Source: Lentimicrobiaceae bacterium
Lineage (GTDB): Bacteria > Bacteroidota > Bacteroidia > Bacteroidales > UBA4417
NCBI GenBank assembly: GCA_028697555.1
Contig: JAQVEX010000003.1
Location: 12,450-76,449, forward strand
Direction of reading: 5' to 3'
Length of the DNA: 64,000 nucleotides
Part shown: in pieces, positions 39,726-49,607 of the stretch
Layout: each line of letters begins with the position of its first letter
How positions within the stretch are numbered: position 1 is the first letter of the stretch
Made by a program: the position numbers and the translations under genes
Notes under the pieces: generated by a model
Databases searched by the model: none
Told to the model about the DNA's origin: nothing
Seen by the model: the letters and a program-made list of their open reading frames with translations, nothing else

Positions 39726-40934
39726 TTACAAATTATATTCTTTAATTTTGCGATAAAGTGTTCGTTCCGAAATTCCTAATTCTTTAGCTGCTACTCTTCT
39801 TTTACCGTTATTTTTAGCCAAAGCTCTTTTTATCAGTTCTTTTTCGTTGTGTTGTAGCTGAAGACTTTCTTCCAAAACTTCGGTAGGTTGAAATTCTTCT
39901 ACGTATTGATTGTCAACAGGAACAACTATATTTATATTATTGGTTTCGGGAATATTTTGCGTAAAATGGTCTTTAGTTACAAGGTCTGAAATTTCGTCAA
40001 TACTTTTGGGATAATTATCTTGCGATAGATACGAAACTACTTTTTTCAGATCCGAAATATCTTTACGCATATCGAAAAGTATTTTGTACAAAATTTCTCT
40101 TTCTCCCAACTCTGATGCGCTTTTTTTATCGACTAAAGTAGGCAGAAACTGATTATCCTGAGGTAAGTATTTTTGAAGTGTTTCGGCGTTAATATTTCTG
40201 TTTTTCTCTATAATTGAAATTTGTTCCGTAATATTTTTCAACTGTCTGACATTGCCGGGCCATCTGTAATTGGTAAGCATTTCAACAGCTTGCTCATCGA
40301 GCTCAATAGTTGGCATACGGTATTTTTCGGCAAAATCGGAAGCAAATTTCCTAAATATCAGATGAATATCTTCCTTTCTTTTTCTGAGTGGAGGAATATG
40401 AATAGGCACAGAACTCAAACGGTAGTACAAATCTTGTCTGAATTTCCCGGTTTCTACTGCTTCGTTAACGTTAATATTTGTAGCTGCAACAACTCTAACA
40501 TCGGTTTTTTGCGGTTTTGAAGAACCAACTCTTAAAAACTCACCCGATTCTAACACACGTAACAAACGAACTTGCGTTGACAATGGCAGCTCGGCGACTT
40601 CATCTAAAAAAATAGTACCGCCATCAGCAACTTCAAAATAACCTTTTCTAGCATCGGTAGCACCTGTAAACGATCCTTTTTCGTGTCCGAAAAGCTCCGA
40701 ATCTATTGTACCTTCAGGAATTGCTCCACAGTTGACAGCAATGTATCTGCCATGCTTACGGGTACTTAGGTGATGTATTATTTGAGGAAACACTTCTTTA
40801 CCCACACCGCTTTCGCCTGTTACCAAAACGCTTAAATCGGTTGCAGCTACTTGCGCAGCTACATCTATAGCATTGTTTAACAGAGGCGAGTTGCCTATTA
40901 TCCCAAACCTTAATTTAATAGCTTGTACGTCCAT
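39726..40934 (-). CDS. sigma-54-dependent transcriptional activator (AAA+ and Fis-type HTH only, no N-terminal sensor/receiver domain)
   Basis: 402 aa. Walker A GESGVGKE starts near residue 40, GSFTGA (a GAFTGA variant) is the sigma-54 contact loop, Walker B is GTIFLDEV, and the C-terminal HTH is AAKELGISERTLYRKIKEY. Confidence 0.88.
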   Translation of the reverse strand: MDVQAIKLRFGIIGNSPLLNNAIDVAAQVAATDLSVLVTGESGVGKEVFPQIIHHLSTRKHGRYIAVNCGAIPEGTIDSELFGHEKGSFTGATDARKGYFEVADGGTIFLDEVAELPLSTQVRLLRVLESGEFLRVGSSKPQKTDVRVVAATNINVNEAVETGKFRQDLYYRLSSVPIHIPPLRKRKEDIHLIFRKFASDFAEKYRMPTIELDEQAVEMLTNYRWPGNVRQLKNITEQISIIEKNRNINAETLQKYLPQDNQFLPTLVDKKSASELGEREILYKILFDMRKDISDLKKVVSYLSQDNYPKSIDEISDLVTKDHFTQNIPETNNINIVVPVDNQYVEEFQPTEVLEESLQLQHNEKELIKRALAKNNGKRRVAAKELGISERTLYRKIKEYNL

Positions 40935-41027
40935 TCTTTTATATTTTCGGCAAAATTAAACATTTCTGTCGTTTAAATAACAAATTTAACGACATTTTGT
41001 CATATAACAACCTTTGTTTGCAAATTT

Positions 41028-43490
41028 TTATTTTCGGATAACGGCTCCGTACTGCTTCTGATACATATTCATTAGCGAATCCATGTATCCGTCAATTTCC
41101 GAATCGGTAAAGGTTTTCTCTTCGTTAATAAATTGAAACCTAAGCGCATACGATTTTTTATCGTCAGCTATTTGTTTACCTTCGTATACGTCAAACAAAA
41201 TCACCTTTAACAAAGGTTTTTTAATGAGTTTAAACGCCGCATTCTCCAAATCGGAATATTTAATATTCTTATCGATAATAAATGCTAAGTCTCTTTCAAC
41301 TATAGGATATTTAGATAAGGTAATTTTAGATTGCTTGGCGTATATAGCTTTGCTTAATACCATTTGCCAATTTATTTCGGCATAAAACACTTTTTGCTTA
41401 ATTCCGAAGTTTTTCAAAACCTTTTCGTCTAATTCTCCGTAGTGTGCCAGAAAATCATTTCTTTGCGACAAAGTTTGTCCGTAGGCAAATATACCACTTT
41501 CTGTGTCGGTTTGTGTTAAACTTTCTAAAGGTATGCCCGATTTTTTTATTATAGCTTCTACAAATGATTTTAAGTGATAAAAATCTGCCTGCTTGTGAGG
41601 ATTATTCCAAATGGTTGGAAGCACGTTGCCTGTAGTTAAGACCGCAAGATTTGAGTTTTGCCAATATTTTTTTTCAACATCTTGTTCGCTCTCATCGGCA
41701 TTAAATCTATAGACGTTTCCAAACTCGAAAAACATTAGGTCTGAATTTTGCCTATTTATATTGAAAGCAACATTTTCTAAAACCGAATAAAGCAATGTTT
41801 GACGCATTACGTTAAACTCTGAGCTTTGAGCATTTAAAACTTTTGCGCATTTGCTCAAAGGATAGCTGTCGTTATTTTCGTAATACTTTGAAGCTGTGAG
41901 AGAGTTGTTCAAAACTTCTACAAAACCATTGGCACTCAAATATTTCGATATATTGGTGCGTAATTTATCGCCATCGGGTTTTTTGCCATAAGATAAAGAG
42001 CTTGAAACTTTATCGTAGAACGGAACATTGTTGTAGCCGTATATTCGCAATATTTCTTCAACAACATCGGCAGGCTGTAAAACTTCGACCTTTGCAGTTG
42101 GTACTAAAACTTTCAGTTCATCTTGACCGAGAAGTTCCACTTCAAAATCCAAGGATTTCAAAATTGAAACAATATCATTCATATCTATTTCAACACCAAT
42201 TAGATTGTCGATATACTGCTTTGTAACGGTTATAGAATGTTTTTGAACCGGATTTGGATAAACGTCAATTATTTCAGATGCAATATTTCCGCCTGCGACC
42301 TCTTTCATCATCATAGCCGCTTTTTTAAGAGCATAAATTGTGATGTTTGGGTCGGTTCCTCTTTCGTATCTGAAAGAGGCATCGGTTGACAAACCGTGAT
42401 GTCTGGCTGTTTTTCTGATATGAACTGGATCGAAACATGCACTCTCGATAAATACCGTGGTTGTTTTATCAGTAATCGATGAATCTATCCCGCCGAACAC
42501 TCCTGCAATACACATAGGTTCGCTACTGCTGCATATCATAAGGTCTTGCGAAGTTAGTTTGCGTTCAACTTCATCTAAGGTTACAAAAGGTGTATCATGT
42601 TCTAACTTTTTAACCACAACGGCGTTGCCGGAAATTTTGTCATAGTCGAATGCGTGCAAGGGTTGTCCCAAATCCATCAGAATGTAGTTGGTAATATCTA
42701 CAATGTTGTTGTGTGGACGAATACCCACAGCCGAAAGGCAATCGCGAAGCCACTGCGGCGACTCTTCAACAGTAACATTATCGACTAAAATACCAGAATA
42801 TCTGATGCAAGCTTCGGGGTTTTGTACCTCAACAGAAATTGGCTTTGACTTACTTTCGATAGCAAAGTTTTTGACTTCGGGAACCGAAAAAGTTATGTTT
42901 TCTTGACTTTTGTTTTGTTTAAGAACAGCGTACAAGTCGCGAGCAGTGCCAAGATGCGAAGTAGCGTCTCCCCTATTAGGCGTAATTGCTATGTCAAAAA
43001 CAGTATCGGAAGTGATATTGTACAAGTCTGCTACCAAAGTGCCGACTTGAGTTTCAGCAGGCAAAACCATAATACCGTCGTGAGATGAACCTATTCCAAC
43101 TTCATCTTCGGCACAAATCATTCCGTAACTTTCTTCACCCCTGATTTTACTTTTTTTAATTTCAAAGGGTTCACCATCGGTGGGATAAAGCTTTGTGCCT
43201 ACAGTTGCTACAACAACTTTTTGTCCGTTAGCAACATTTGGAGCTCCACAAACTATATCTAAAACTTCGGTTCCTACGTTTACCTTACAACAGCTCAGCT
43301 TATCGGCGTTGGGATGTTTTTCTACCGACAACACCTCGCCAACTACTAAGCCTTTTAAACCGCCTTTTATGGTTTCGTAGCTTTCAACTTTTTCGACTTC
43401 CAAACCGCAATTGGTAAGAAATTCCGAAATATTTTCAGCACTTTTATCAATATTAATGTAATTTTTAAGCCAAGATAATGATACTTTCAT
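41028..43490 (-). CDS. pheT: phenylalanine--tRNA ligase beta subunit
   Basis: 820 aa. N-terminal MKVSLSWLKNYI and tRNA-binding OB domain (HPNADKL), followed by B3/4, B5 and a C-terminal FDX-ACB region. Confidence 0.95.
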   Translation of the reverse strand: MKVSLSWLKNYINIDKSAENISEFLTNCGLEVEKVESYETIKGGLKGLVVGEVLSVEKHPNADKLSCCKVNVGTEVLDIVCGAPNVANGQKVVVATVGTKLYPTDGEPFEIKKSKIRGEESYGMICAEDEVGIGSSHDGIMVLPAETQVGTLVADLYNITSDTVFDIAITPNRGDATSHLGTARDLYAVLKQNKSQENITFSVPEVKNFAIESKSKPISVEVQNPEACIRYSGILVDNVTVEESPQWLRDCLSAVGIRPHNNIVDITNYILMDLGQPLHAFDYDKISGNAVVVKKLEHDTPFVTLDEVERKLTSQDLMICSSSEPMCIAGVFGGIDSSITDKTTTVFIESACFDPVHIRKTARHHGLSTDASFRYERGTDPNITIYALKKAAMMMKEVAGGNIASEIIDVYPNPVQKHSITVTKQYIDNLIGVEIDMNDIVSILKSLDFEVELLGQDELKVLVPTAKVEVLQPADVVEEILRIYGYNNVPFYDKVSSSLSYGKKPDGDKLRTNISKYLSANGFVEVLNNSLTASKYYENNDSYPLSKCAKVLNAQSSEFNVMRQTLLYSVLENVAFNINRQNSDLMFFEFGNVYRFNADESEQDVEKKYWQNSNLAVLTTGNVLPTIWNNPHKQADFYHLKSFVEAIIKKSGIPLESLTQTDTESGIFAYGQTLSQRNDFLAHYGELDEKVLKNFGIKQKVFYAEINWQMVLSKAIYAKQSKITLSKYPIVERDLAFIIDKNIKYSDLENAAFKLIKKPLLKVILFDVYEGKQIADDKKSYALRFQFINEEKTFTDSEIDGYMDSLMNMYQKQYGAVIRK

Positions 43491-43540
43491 TTTATTATTA
43501 TTTATCGTTGAACAAAGATAAGGTAATTACAGCAATTGCA

Positions 43541-43957
43541 CTATTTTATCGATTTATTTTCAATAAACTGCTTTAAATTGAGCAATATTTCTTTTAAAAA
43601 ATTATCGAACATTGAAGAATAGGCAATCATCACAATTGGTGGTATGTCGGCTTTTGAAGCAATATTAACATCAACATTATCGCCGTTGTCGGTTATATTA
43701 AAAACGATGTCGGCATTTTTCACTATGTTGCTTGTCATTTTCCAAACCACTTGCTCGTAAGCTACAGCGTGTTCATTTGTGAAAGTAATATCAACAATAT
43801 TGCGATACGAAAAAGAACAAGTGCCTTTTGTAGCTTGCCAATTATCGATGTATTGTGGAATAACTTCCGAAAAATTTGTAAAATCGTTCAGAATATCGAA
43901 GGTTCCTGATGCTGTACTCTTTATGTTAACAGGATCGGAAATATTTTCTTTTATCAT
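43541..43957 (-). CDS. hypothetical protein (possibly SRPBCC-like fold)
   Basis: 138-aa ORF tightly coupled (1-nt overlap) to pyrE. No motif I can name. Confidence 0.4.
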   Translation of the reverse strand: MIKENISDPVNIKSTASGTFDILNDFTNFSEVIPQYIDNWQATKGTCSFSYRNIVDITFTNEHAVAYEQVVWKMTSNIVKNADIVFNITDNGDNVDVNIASKADIPPIVMIAYSSMFDNFLKEILLNLKQFIENKSIK

Positions 43958-44604
43958 TATTCAATTCCCCAAGTTGATGGATTGCTTCTCCATTGTATAA
44001 GCGACTGCATATCACTTTCTTTGATATAATCGTGTTGTAAGGCTGTTTTGATAAGGTCGTTATAATTTGTTAGCGAAAAAAGCTGACAATTTGCAGCTTT
44101 AAAATTTTCGATGGCTTCTTCCAATTGATACGAAAAAATCGACACCATACCTTTAACGTTGGCTTCAGCTTCGCGAAGTGCAGCAACAGCATTCAGACTA
44201 CTTTTGCCTGTGCTTACAAGGTCTTCTATTACAACCACCGATTGTCCGCTTTCAACAACGCCTTCAATCTGGTTTTTCATTCCGTGATCTTTTTTCTCGC
44301 TTCTAACGTAAGCAAAAGGCACACCCAAATCTTGTGCAACCAATGCTCCTATAGCTATTCCGCCTGTAGCAACACCTGCAATTACAGCAACAGGTCCGAA
44401 CTCAATATTTATTATTCTAGCCATTTCCTGACGAACATAAGTTCTTATTTTTGGAAAAGACAAAATCCTGCGATTGTCGCAGTATATAGGCGATTTTATG
44501 CCCGATGCCCATGTAAATGGAGTTGTATTATTTAATTTTATTGCTTTAATTTGCAAAAGAGATTCTGCTGTTACTGCCGAAATTTCATTTAAATATTCCT
44601 TCAT
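43957..44604 (-). CDS. pyrE: orotate phosphoribosyltransferase
   Basis: 215 aa. PRPP motif VVVIEDLVSTGKS and FTWASGIKSPIYCDNR. Confidence 0.93.
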   Translation of the reverse strand: MKEYLNEISAVTAESLLQIKAIKLNNTTPFTWASGIKSPIYCDNRRILSFPKIRTYVRQEMARIINIEFGPVAVIAGVATGGIAIGALVAQDLGVPFAYVRSEKKDHGMKNQIEGVVESGQSVVVIEDLVSTGKSSLNAVAALREAEANVKGMVSIFSYQLEEAIENFKAANCQLFSLTNYNDLIKTALQHDYIKESDMQSLIQWRSNPSTWGIE

Positions 44605-44605
44605 A

Positions 44606-45247
44606 ATGCAAAGATATACTGTTTATTTTCATCAACGTTGTATCAACTTTTACAGCAACAATAAAGCTTTACGCAAAAAAAACGTTGAAGACAATATTGT
44701 TTACTACAACGCCGAATCAAATTTATTTGATCATGTTTTAAATTTTTTATCTGACGACAAAGGTATAAATTTAACTATAATTGCAAAGAAAAGTGAAATA
44801 AAAAATGCTATAAAAAAGTTCAAATCTTTGTTTATCAAAATTGACGCAGCAGGAGGAATTGTAGTCAATAGCAAACAAGAAATACTGTGGATTTACCGAC
44901 TTGGGAAATGGGATTTACCCAAGGGAAAAATAGAAGAGGGTGAAAGCCGAAAAAATGCCGCTTTAAGAGAGGTTGAAGAAGAAACAGGACTTAGCAACCT
45001 AACTATTTTAAGAAAATTGGGAGTTACAAGGCATATTTTTTCAAAAAAAGAAAAATACCATTTAAAACATACGCATTGGTTTTTGATGTATTGTGCAGAT
45101 AATAGCGAGCCAATACCACAAACAGAAGAAGATATACAAATTGTAAAGTGGTTGGATAGGGATAAAAGTTTAGTATGTATAAACAACACATATGACTCTA
45201 TTAAAGATTTGCTGTTGGAAATTGATATTGATAATTTGTTTTTATGA
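44606..45247 (+). CDS. NUDIX hydrolase
   Basis: Nudix box GKIEEGESRKNAALREVEEETGL. Start placed at the ATG at 44606 (MQRYTVYF...) because the track's longer ORF (44474) overlaps pyrE on the opposite strand. Confidence 0.8.
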   Translation: MQRYTVYFHQRCINFYSNNKALRKKNVEDNIVYYNAESNLFDHVLNFLSDDKGINLTIIAKKSEIKNAIKKFKSLFIKIDAAGGIVVNSKQEILWIYRLGKWDLPKGKIEEGESRKNAALREVEEETGLSNLTILRKLGVTRHIFSKKEKYHLKHTHWFLMYCADNSEPIPQTEEDIQIVKWLDRDKSLVCINNTYDSIKDLLLEIDIDNLFL

Positions 45248-45258
45248 TTAATTAGCTA

Positions 45259-45600
45259 TTGGTGAATGGTGGTGGGTGAATGGTGGTGGGTGAATGGTGG
45301 TGAGTGATGGGTGGTGAGTGATGGGTGGTGAGTGATGGGTGGTGAGTGATGGGTGGTGAGTGATGGGTGGTGAGTGATGGGTGGTGAGTGGTGGCTTATA
45401 TCAATTATCAATTATCAATTATCAATTATCAATTATCAATGAACAATGAACCCCGAAACTTCGGGACTAATTACTAATTGTTAATTGCTAATTAAAAATT
45501 ACCACGTAACACGCAACACGTAACCCGCAACACGCAACACGCAACACGCAACCCGCAACCCGAACCCGCCAACAGCTAACAGCTAAAGGCTAAAAGCTGC
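45259..45600. repeat. mosaic heptamer-array intergenic element, copy E (type I, largest, ~340 bp)
   Basis: 3 x GGTGAATGGTGGTG plus 6 x AGTGATGGGTGGTG (nine contiguous 14-mers, 45261-45386). 5 x ATCAATT plus ATCAATG plus AACAATG (45400-45448). Hairpin CCCGAAACTTCGGG (45452-45465). CTAATTA/CTAATTG/TTAATTG units. ACACGCA/ACCCGCA heptamers (45502-45570). AACAGCT/AAAGGCT units (45571-45598). Confidence 0.95.
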
Positions 45601-45692
45601 TATCACGGTTAATTTCTGTTAAAAACAAATTTTATTTTAAATAATAAGTCATATTAATTACTTTTGCAGAGCATATATTTATATGATAAGAG

Positions 45693-46589
45693 ATGAAACA
45701 AAACACAGGAGGACAAAAAATACGTTCATATTTAAAACAACGCCTAAAAGACAGGTTTCGTTTTATCATCTTAAATGAAGACACTTTACAACAAAAGCTA
45801 TCGTTTAAGTTGTCGCGTTCAAATGTGTTTATTATAATAAGCATTTTATCGATATTGCTTGTATTGCTTACGGCGTACATTATAGCTTTTACTCCTTTAA
45901 AAATGTACATACCCGGATACACCAATCCTACACTTCAACATCGTGTTTATGAAGCCGAAATTAAAGCCGACTCTATTGAAAAGAAACTATACTCGTATGA
46001 GTTGTACTTACAAAACATAAAAAACGTTTTGAGCGACAATATTCCGGTAGAAGTTCCCGAACCTGCCACCGACAGCAGCGAAAATAAGGGTGTTACGGTG
46101 GTTGCCGACAATACTTCGGCAAAGGATTCATTGCTACGAAAAGAATACGAAGCCTACATCAACTTGAACTACTTTAGCTCGGAAGAGCAGAAAGAACAAA
46201 ACCTTATTACGGAAGCAAAAATCTACAACTTTTATCCACCGATAAACGGTATAATTTCGTCGAAATTTAACCCCGCAATAGGTCATTACGGAATTGATTT
46301 GGTTGCCGAAACAGATGAAGCAGTGAGAAGCGTGCAAGACGGCACTGTCATGTTTTCCGATTGGACTATAGAAACAGGCTACGTTATAATAATTCAACAT
46401 AGCGGAAGTATTACATCAGTATATAAACACAATTCCGTTTTGCTTAAAAAAACAGGTGAAAAGGTTATTGCCGGAGAAGCAATCGCCATTATTGGAAATA
46501 GCGGAGATTTTTCCAGCGGTCCGCATTTACATTTTGAATTGTGGATAGACAGAATTCCGGTAAATCCCCAAGATTATATTTTATTTTAA
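45693..46589 (+). CDS. M23 family metallopeptidase (membrane-anchored)
   Basis: 298 aa. One TM helix, and a LytM/M23 domain with HYGIDL and GNSGDFSSGPHLHFEL motifs. Confidence 0.88.
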   Translation: MKQNTGGQKIRSYLKQRLKDRFRFIILNEDTLQQKLSFKLSRSNVFIIISILSILLVLLTAYIIAFTPLKMYIPGYTNPTLQHRVYEAEIKADSIEKKLYSYELYLQNIKNVLSDNIPVEVPEPATDSSENKGVTVVADNTSAKDSLLRKEYEAYINLNYFSSEEQKEQNLITEAKIYNFYPPINGIISSKFNPAIGHYGIDLVAETDEAVRSVQDGTVMFSDWTIETGYVIIIQHSGSITSVYKHNSVLLKKTGEKVIAGEAIAIIGNSGDFSSGPHLHFELWIDRIPVNPQDYILF

Positions 46590-46606
46590 TCAATACAAAC
46601 AACGAA

Positions 46607-47773
46607 GTGGCAAAAAAACACATAGCAATTTTAGGGTCAACAGGTTCGATAGGCACACAAGCTCTTGAGGTTATTGAGTTTCACAAAGATTTATTTGAAG
46701 TTGAAGTGCTTACTGCCAATACCAATGCCGAATTGCTAATAAAACAAGCTATCAAATTCAAGCCCAATGTTGTTGTAATTGCCGATAAAAGCAAGTACAA
46801 AGAAGTTTCGGATGCTTTGTTTGACCACGGCATAAAAGTATATTGCGGAAATGAAGCAATATGTCAAGTTGTTGAAATGGAAACGATTGATATTGTTTTG
46901 GTAGCATTGGTTGGTTGGTCAGGTGTTGAACCTACTTTAAAGTCAGTTGAAAATAATAAAACCATTGCCTTAGCTAATAAAGAATCGTTGGTAGTTGCCG
47001 GTAGCCTGATTTACAAAGCCATTGCTAACTCCAAAAGCAATATTATTCCTGTTGACTCCGAACACTCAGCGATATTCCAATGTCTATCCGGAGAATACAA
47101 TAATCCAATAGAAAAAATTATACTTACAGCTTCGGGAGGACCGTTCAGAGGTAAAGACCTTAATTATTTGGGAAATGTGAGTGTGCAAGAGGCTTTGGCT
47201 CACCCCAATTGGGTTATGGGCAAAAAGGTTACTATCGACTCTGCAACGCTTATGAATAAAGGCTTAGAAGTGATTGAAGCCAAGTGGCTTTTTGGTGTTG
47301 AGATAAGCAAAATAGAAGTTGTCGTTCACCCCGAAAGTATAATTCACTCTATGGTGCAATTTGAAGACGGCTCTATAAAAGCACAGTTGGGGGCTCCAGA
47401 TATGCGTTTGCCTATTCAATACGCATTTTCGTACCCCGACAGAATAAAAGCTTTTTACAAAACCTACGATTTTGCAAATCACACAACATTTCATTTTGAA
47501 AAGCCTGATTTAAACACATTCCCTTGCTTATCTTTAGCATATTCTGCAATAGAAAAAGGAGGAAATACAACATGTGCACTCAACGCCGCCGACGAAGTCG
47601 CTGTTGAAGCATTTTTAAATTCGCAAATAAAATTTACCGATATACCCAAAGTAATAGAAAAAACCATGCAAAAGTGCTATTTCATTGAAAGTCCTGATTT
47701 GGACGACTTAAAAACAACTCATGCCGAAGCCACAGAAATAGCCAAAGCGATTATTAACAACAAAAACAGATAA
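46607..47773 (+). CDS. dxr: 1-deoxy-D-xylulose-5-phosphate reductoisomerase
   Basis: Canonical Dxr (AILGSTGSIG, DSEHSAIFQC, HPNWVMG). A GTG start at 46607 (VAKKHIAILGSTGSIG) gives a normal N-terminus. The track's ATG at 46541 overlaps the M23 gene by 49 nt. Confidence 0.92.
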   Translation: MAKKHIAILGSTGSIGTQALEVIEFHKDLFEVEVLTANTNAELLIKQAIKFKPNVVVIADKSKYKEVSDALFDHGIKVYCGNEAICQVVEMETIDIVLVALVGWSGVEPTLKSVENNKTIALANKESLVVAGSLIYKAIANSKSNIIPVDSEHSAIFQCLSGEYNNPIEKIILTASGGPFRGKDLNYLGNVSVQEALAHPNWVMGKKVTIDSATLMNKGLEVIEAKWLFGVEISKIEVVVHPESIIHSMVQFEDGSIKAQLGAPDMRLPIQYAFSYPDRIKAFYKTYDFANHTTFHFEKPDLNTFPCLSLAYSAIEKGGNTTCALNAADEVAVEAFLNSQIKFTDIPKVIEKTMQKCYFIESPDLDDLKTTHAEATEIAKAIINNKNR

Positions 47774-47779
47774 CTATAT

Positions 47780-49105
47780 ATGGTAGTTTTAATAAAAATA
47801 GCTCAATTATTACTCAGTTTATCAATTTTAGTACTAGTTCACGAATTTGGTCACTTTATAGCTGCAAAAATTTTTAAAGTTAGAGTTGAAAAGTTTTACA
47901 TCTTTTTTAACCCTTGGTTTACACCTTTCAAGAGACTAGTTGGGGAAACCGAATACGGTATTGGCTGGTTGCCTTTGGGCGGATATGTAAAACTGTCGGG
48001 AATGATTGACGAATCGTTAGACACAGACCAAATGAAGAGCGAACCCAAAAGCTATGAGTTTAGAACAAAACCTGCTTGGCAACGGTTTATAATTATGGTT
48101 GCAGGAGTTATTATGAACATAATCTTAGCAATAGTAATTTACATTGTAGCTATGTGGGTTTGGGGCGAACAATACCTTCATAACAGCGAAGTTAAATACG
48201 GCATTTCCGTCGATTCAATAGGATACGAAATGGGCTTACGCAACGGCGATAAAATTATTTCTGTTGACAATATCATTTACGAAGATTTTTACGAAATACC
48301 TGCCGCAATAATTCTCGAAAATGCCGAAACTATACAGGTAGAACGCGATGGTAAAAATGAAAATATAGTTATCCCCGACGGATATATTTCGAAAATAATA
48401 AAATCAAAATCGGGGAGTTTTATAACTCCGAGAATACCTTTTATAATTGGCGGTTTTACCGAAGTTTCGGCTGCAAGAGATGCCGGAATGCAGGTTGGCG
48501 ATAAAATCATATCAATTGACGGCAAGCCTGTTTATTTTGATGAATTTAGAGAAGAAGTTAAAAATTACAAGTCGGCTACAACGCCTATAACCCTTGTAAG
48601 AGACAGCGACACGCTAACCCTTATGGTTAATATTAGCGATGAAGGTATGATTGGTGCTGCTGTACAATCGCCGTTGTCTATTTTTAATATTACAAATAAA
48701 GATTACAGCTTGATAGAAGCAATACCGGCAGGAACTAAAAAGACCTTCACTGTTGTTAATGATTACTTCAAACAGCTTAAACTGATTTTCTCGCCCGAAG
48801 TTAAGGCTTACGAATCGGTTGGTGGCTTTATTACCATTGGAAAAATCTTTCCCGACACTTGGAATTGGCGTGCATTTTGGAGTCTTACAGCATTTTTATC
48901 GGTTGTTCTTGCAATTTTAAATATACTACCAATCCCCGGATTAGACGGAGGGCACGCCTTGTTTGCTTTGTTTGAAATCGTTACCGGAAGAAGACCCGGC
49001 GACAGATTTTTAATTAACGCTCAAGTTGTGGGTATGATAATTCTGTTTGCATTAATCATTTTTGCCAACGGCAACGATATAGTGCAACTTTTGTCGGGAA
49101 AATAA
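47780..49105 (+). CDS. rseP: RIP (site-2) metalloprotease RseP
   Basis: 441 aa. HEFGH zinc motif in TM1, PDZ regions, and NILPIPGLDGGH near the C-terminus. Conserved dxr-rseP pairing. Confidence 0.93.
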   Translation: MVVLIKIAQLLLSLSILVLVHEFGHFIAAKIFKVRVEKFYIFFNPWFTPFKRLVGETEYGIGWLPLGGYVKLSGMIDESLDTDQMKSEPKSYEFRTKPAWQRFIIMVAGVIMNIILAIVIYIVAMWVWGEQYLHNSEVKYGISVDSIGYEMGLRNGDKIISVDNIIYEDFYEIPAAIILENAETIQVERDGKNENIVIPDGYISKIIKSKSGSFITPRIPFIIGGFTEVSAARDAGMQVGDKIISIDGKPVYFDEFREEVKNYKSATTPITLVRDSDTLTLMVNISDEGMIGAAVQSPLSIFNITNKDYSLIEAIPAGTKKTFTVVNDYFKQLKLIFSPEVKAYESVGGFITIGKIFPDTWNWRAFWSLTAFLSVVLAILNILPIPGLDGGHALFALFEIVTGRRPGDRFLINAQVVGMIILFALIIFANGNDIVQLLSGK

Positions 49106-49136
49106 TAATTTGAAATCTCTGAAATAATAATCATAT

Positions 49137-49604
49137 ATGGAAAACAAACTTGATGTCCCAAAAAAAGAAAAAAATAAAAGCAAGTTAGGAAGAAAAGTAA
49201 AGCGTTTTTTTGTTTTCGTACTTATTTTTCTTGTCCTGATAGGCGCCGGCTATACATATTGGAAATATTTTTTCGTTTACAGCAAAGGAAATCGCACAGG
49301 AATATTGCAAAAGTTTTCAAACAAAGGAACTTTATTTAAAACCTACGAAGGCGAAATGAACCTGATTAGTATTAGGGAATTGAACAGCCTGAACCCTAAC
49401 TACGAAAAGTTTATGTTTTCGGTTGTAAACGACAGCGTAGCAAGTGAAGTTAACAAGCTACAAGGCGAACACGTTGTTGTAAGATACAAAGAATACAAAG
49501 GCGTATTACCCTGGAGAGGTAATTCCAAATTCATAGTTGATAGCATTGGTATTGCACAACCTTATAGCAGTGCCCCGAACAGTAAAAATATTATGAAGTA
49601 TTGA
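49137..49604 (+). CDS. hypothetical membrane-anchored protein
   Basis: 155 aa. Basic N-terminus, one TM helix, and a small soluble domain. No family recognised. Confidence 0.5.
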   Translation: MENKLDVPKKEKNKSKLGRKVKRFFVFVLIFLVLIGAGYTYWKYFFVYSKGNRTGILQKFSNKGTLFKTYEGEMNLISIRELNSLNPNYEKFMFSVVNDSVASEVNKLQGEHVVVRYKEYKGVLPWRGNSKFIVDSIGIAQPYSSAPNSKNIMKY

Positions 49605-49607
49605 TTG

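Noticed and set aside
44474-44605. 5' extension of the NUDIX ORF
   Set aside because: It overlaps the N-terminal coding region of pyrE on the opposite strand. The ATG at 44606 lies 1 nt beyond the pyrE start codon and gives a normal-sized NUDIX protein.
45259-45600. Possible CRISPR array, considered because of the many tandem repeats
   Set aside because: The units are only 7 or 14 nt and directly abut each other with no unique spacers. There is no leader and no cas genes in the window. The same motifs recur in six other short spacers.
46541-46606. ATG-initiated 5' extension of dxr
   Set aside because: It overlaps the M23 peptidase 3' end by 49 nt and adds a non-Dxr peptide. A GTG at 46607 gives the standard (M)AKKHIAILGSTGSIG N-terminus.
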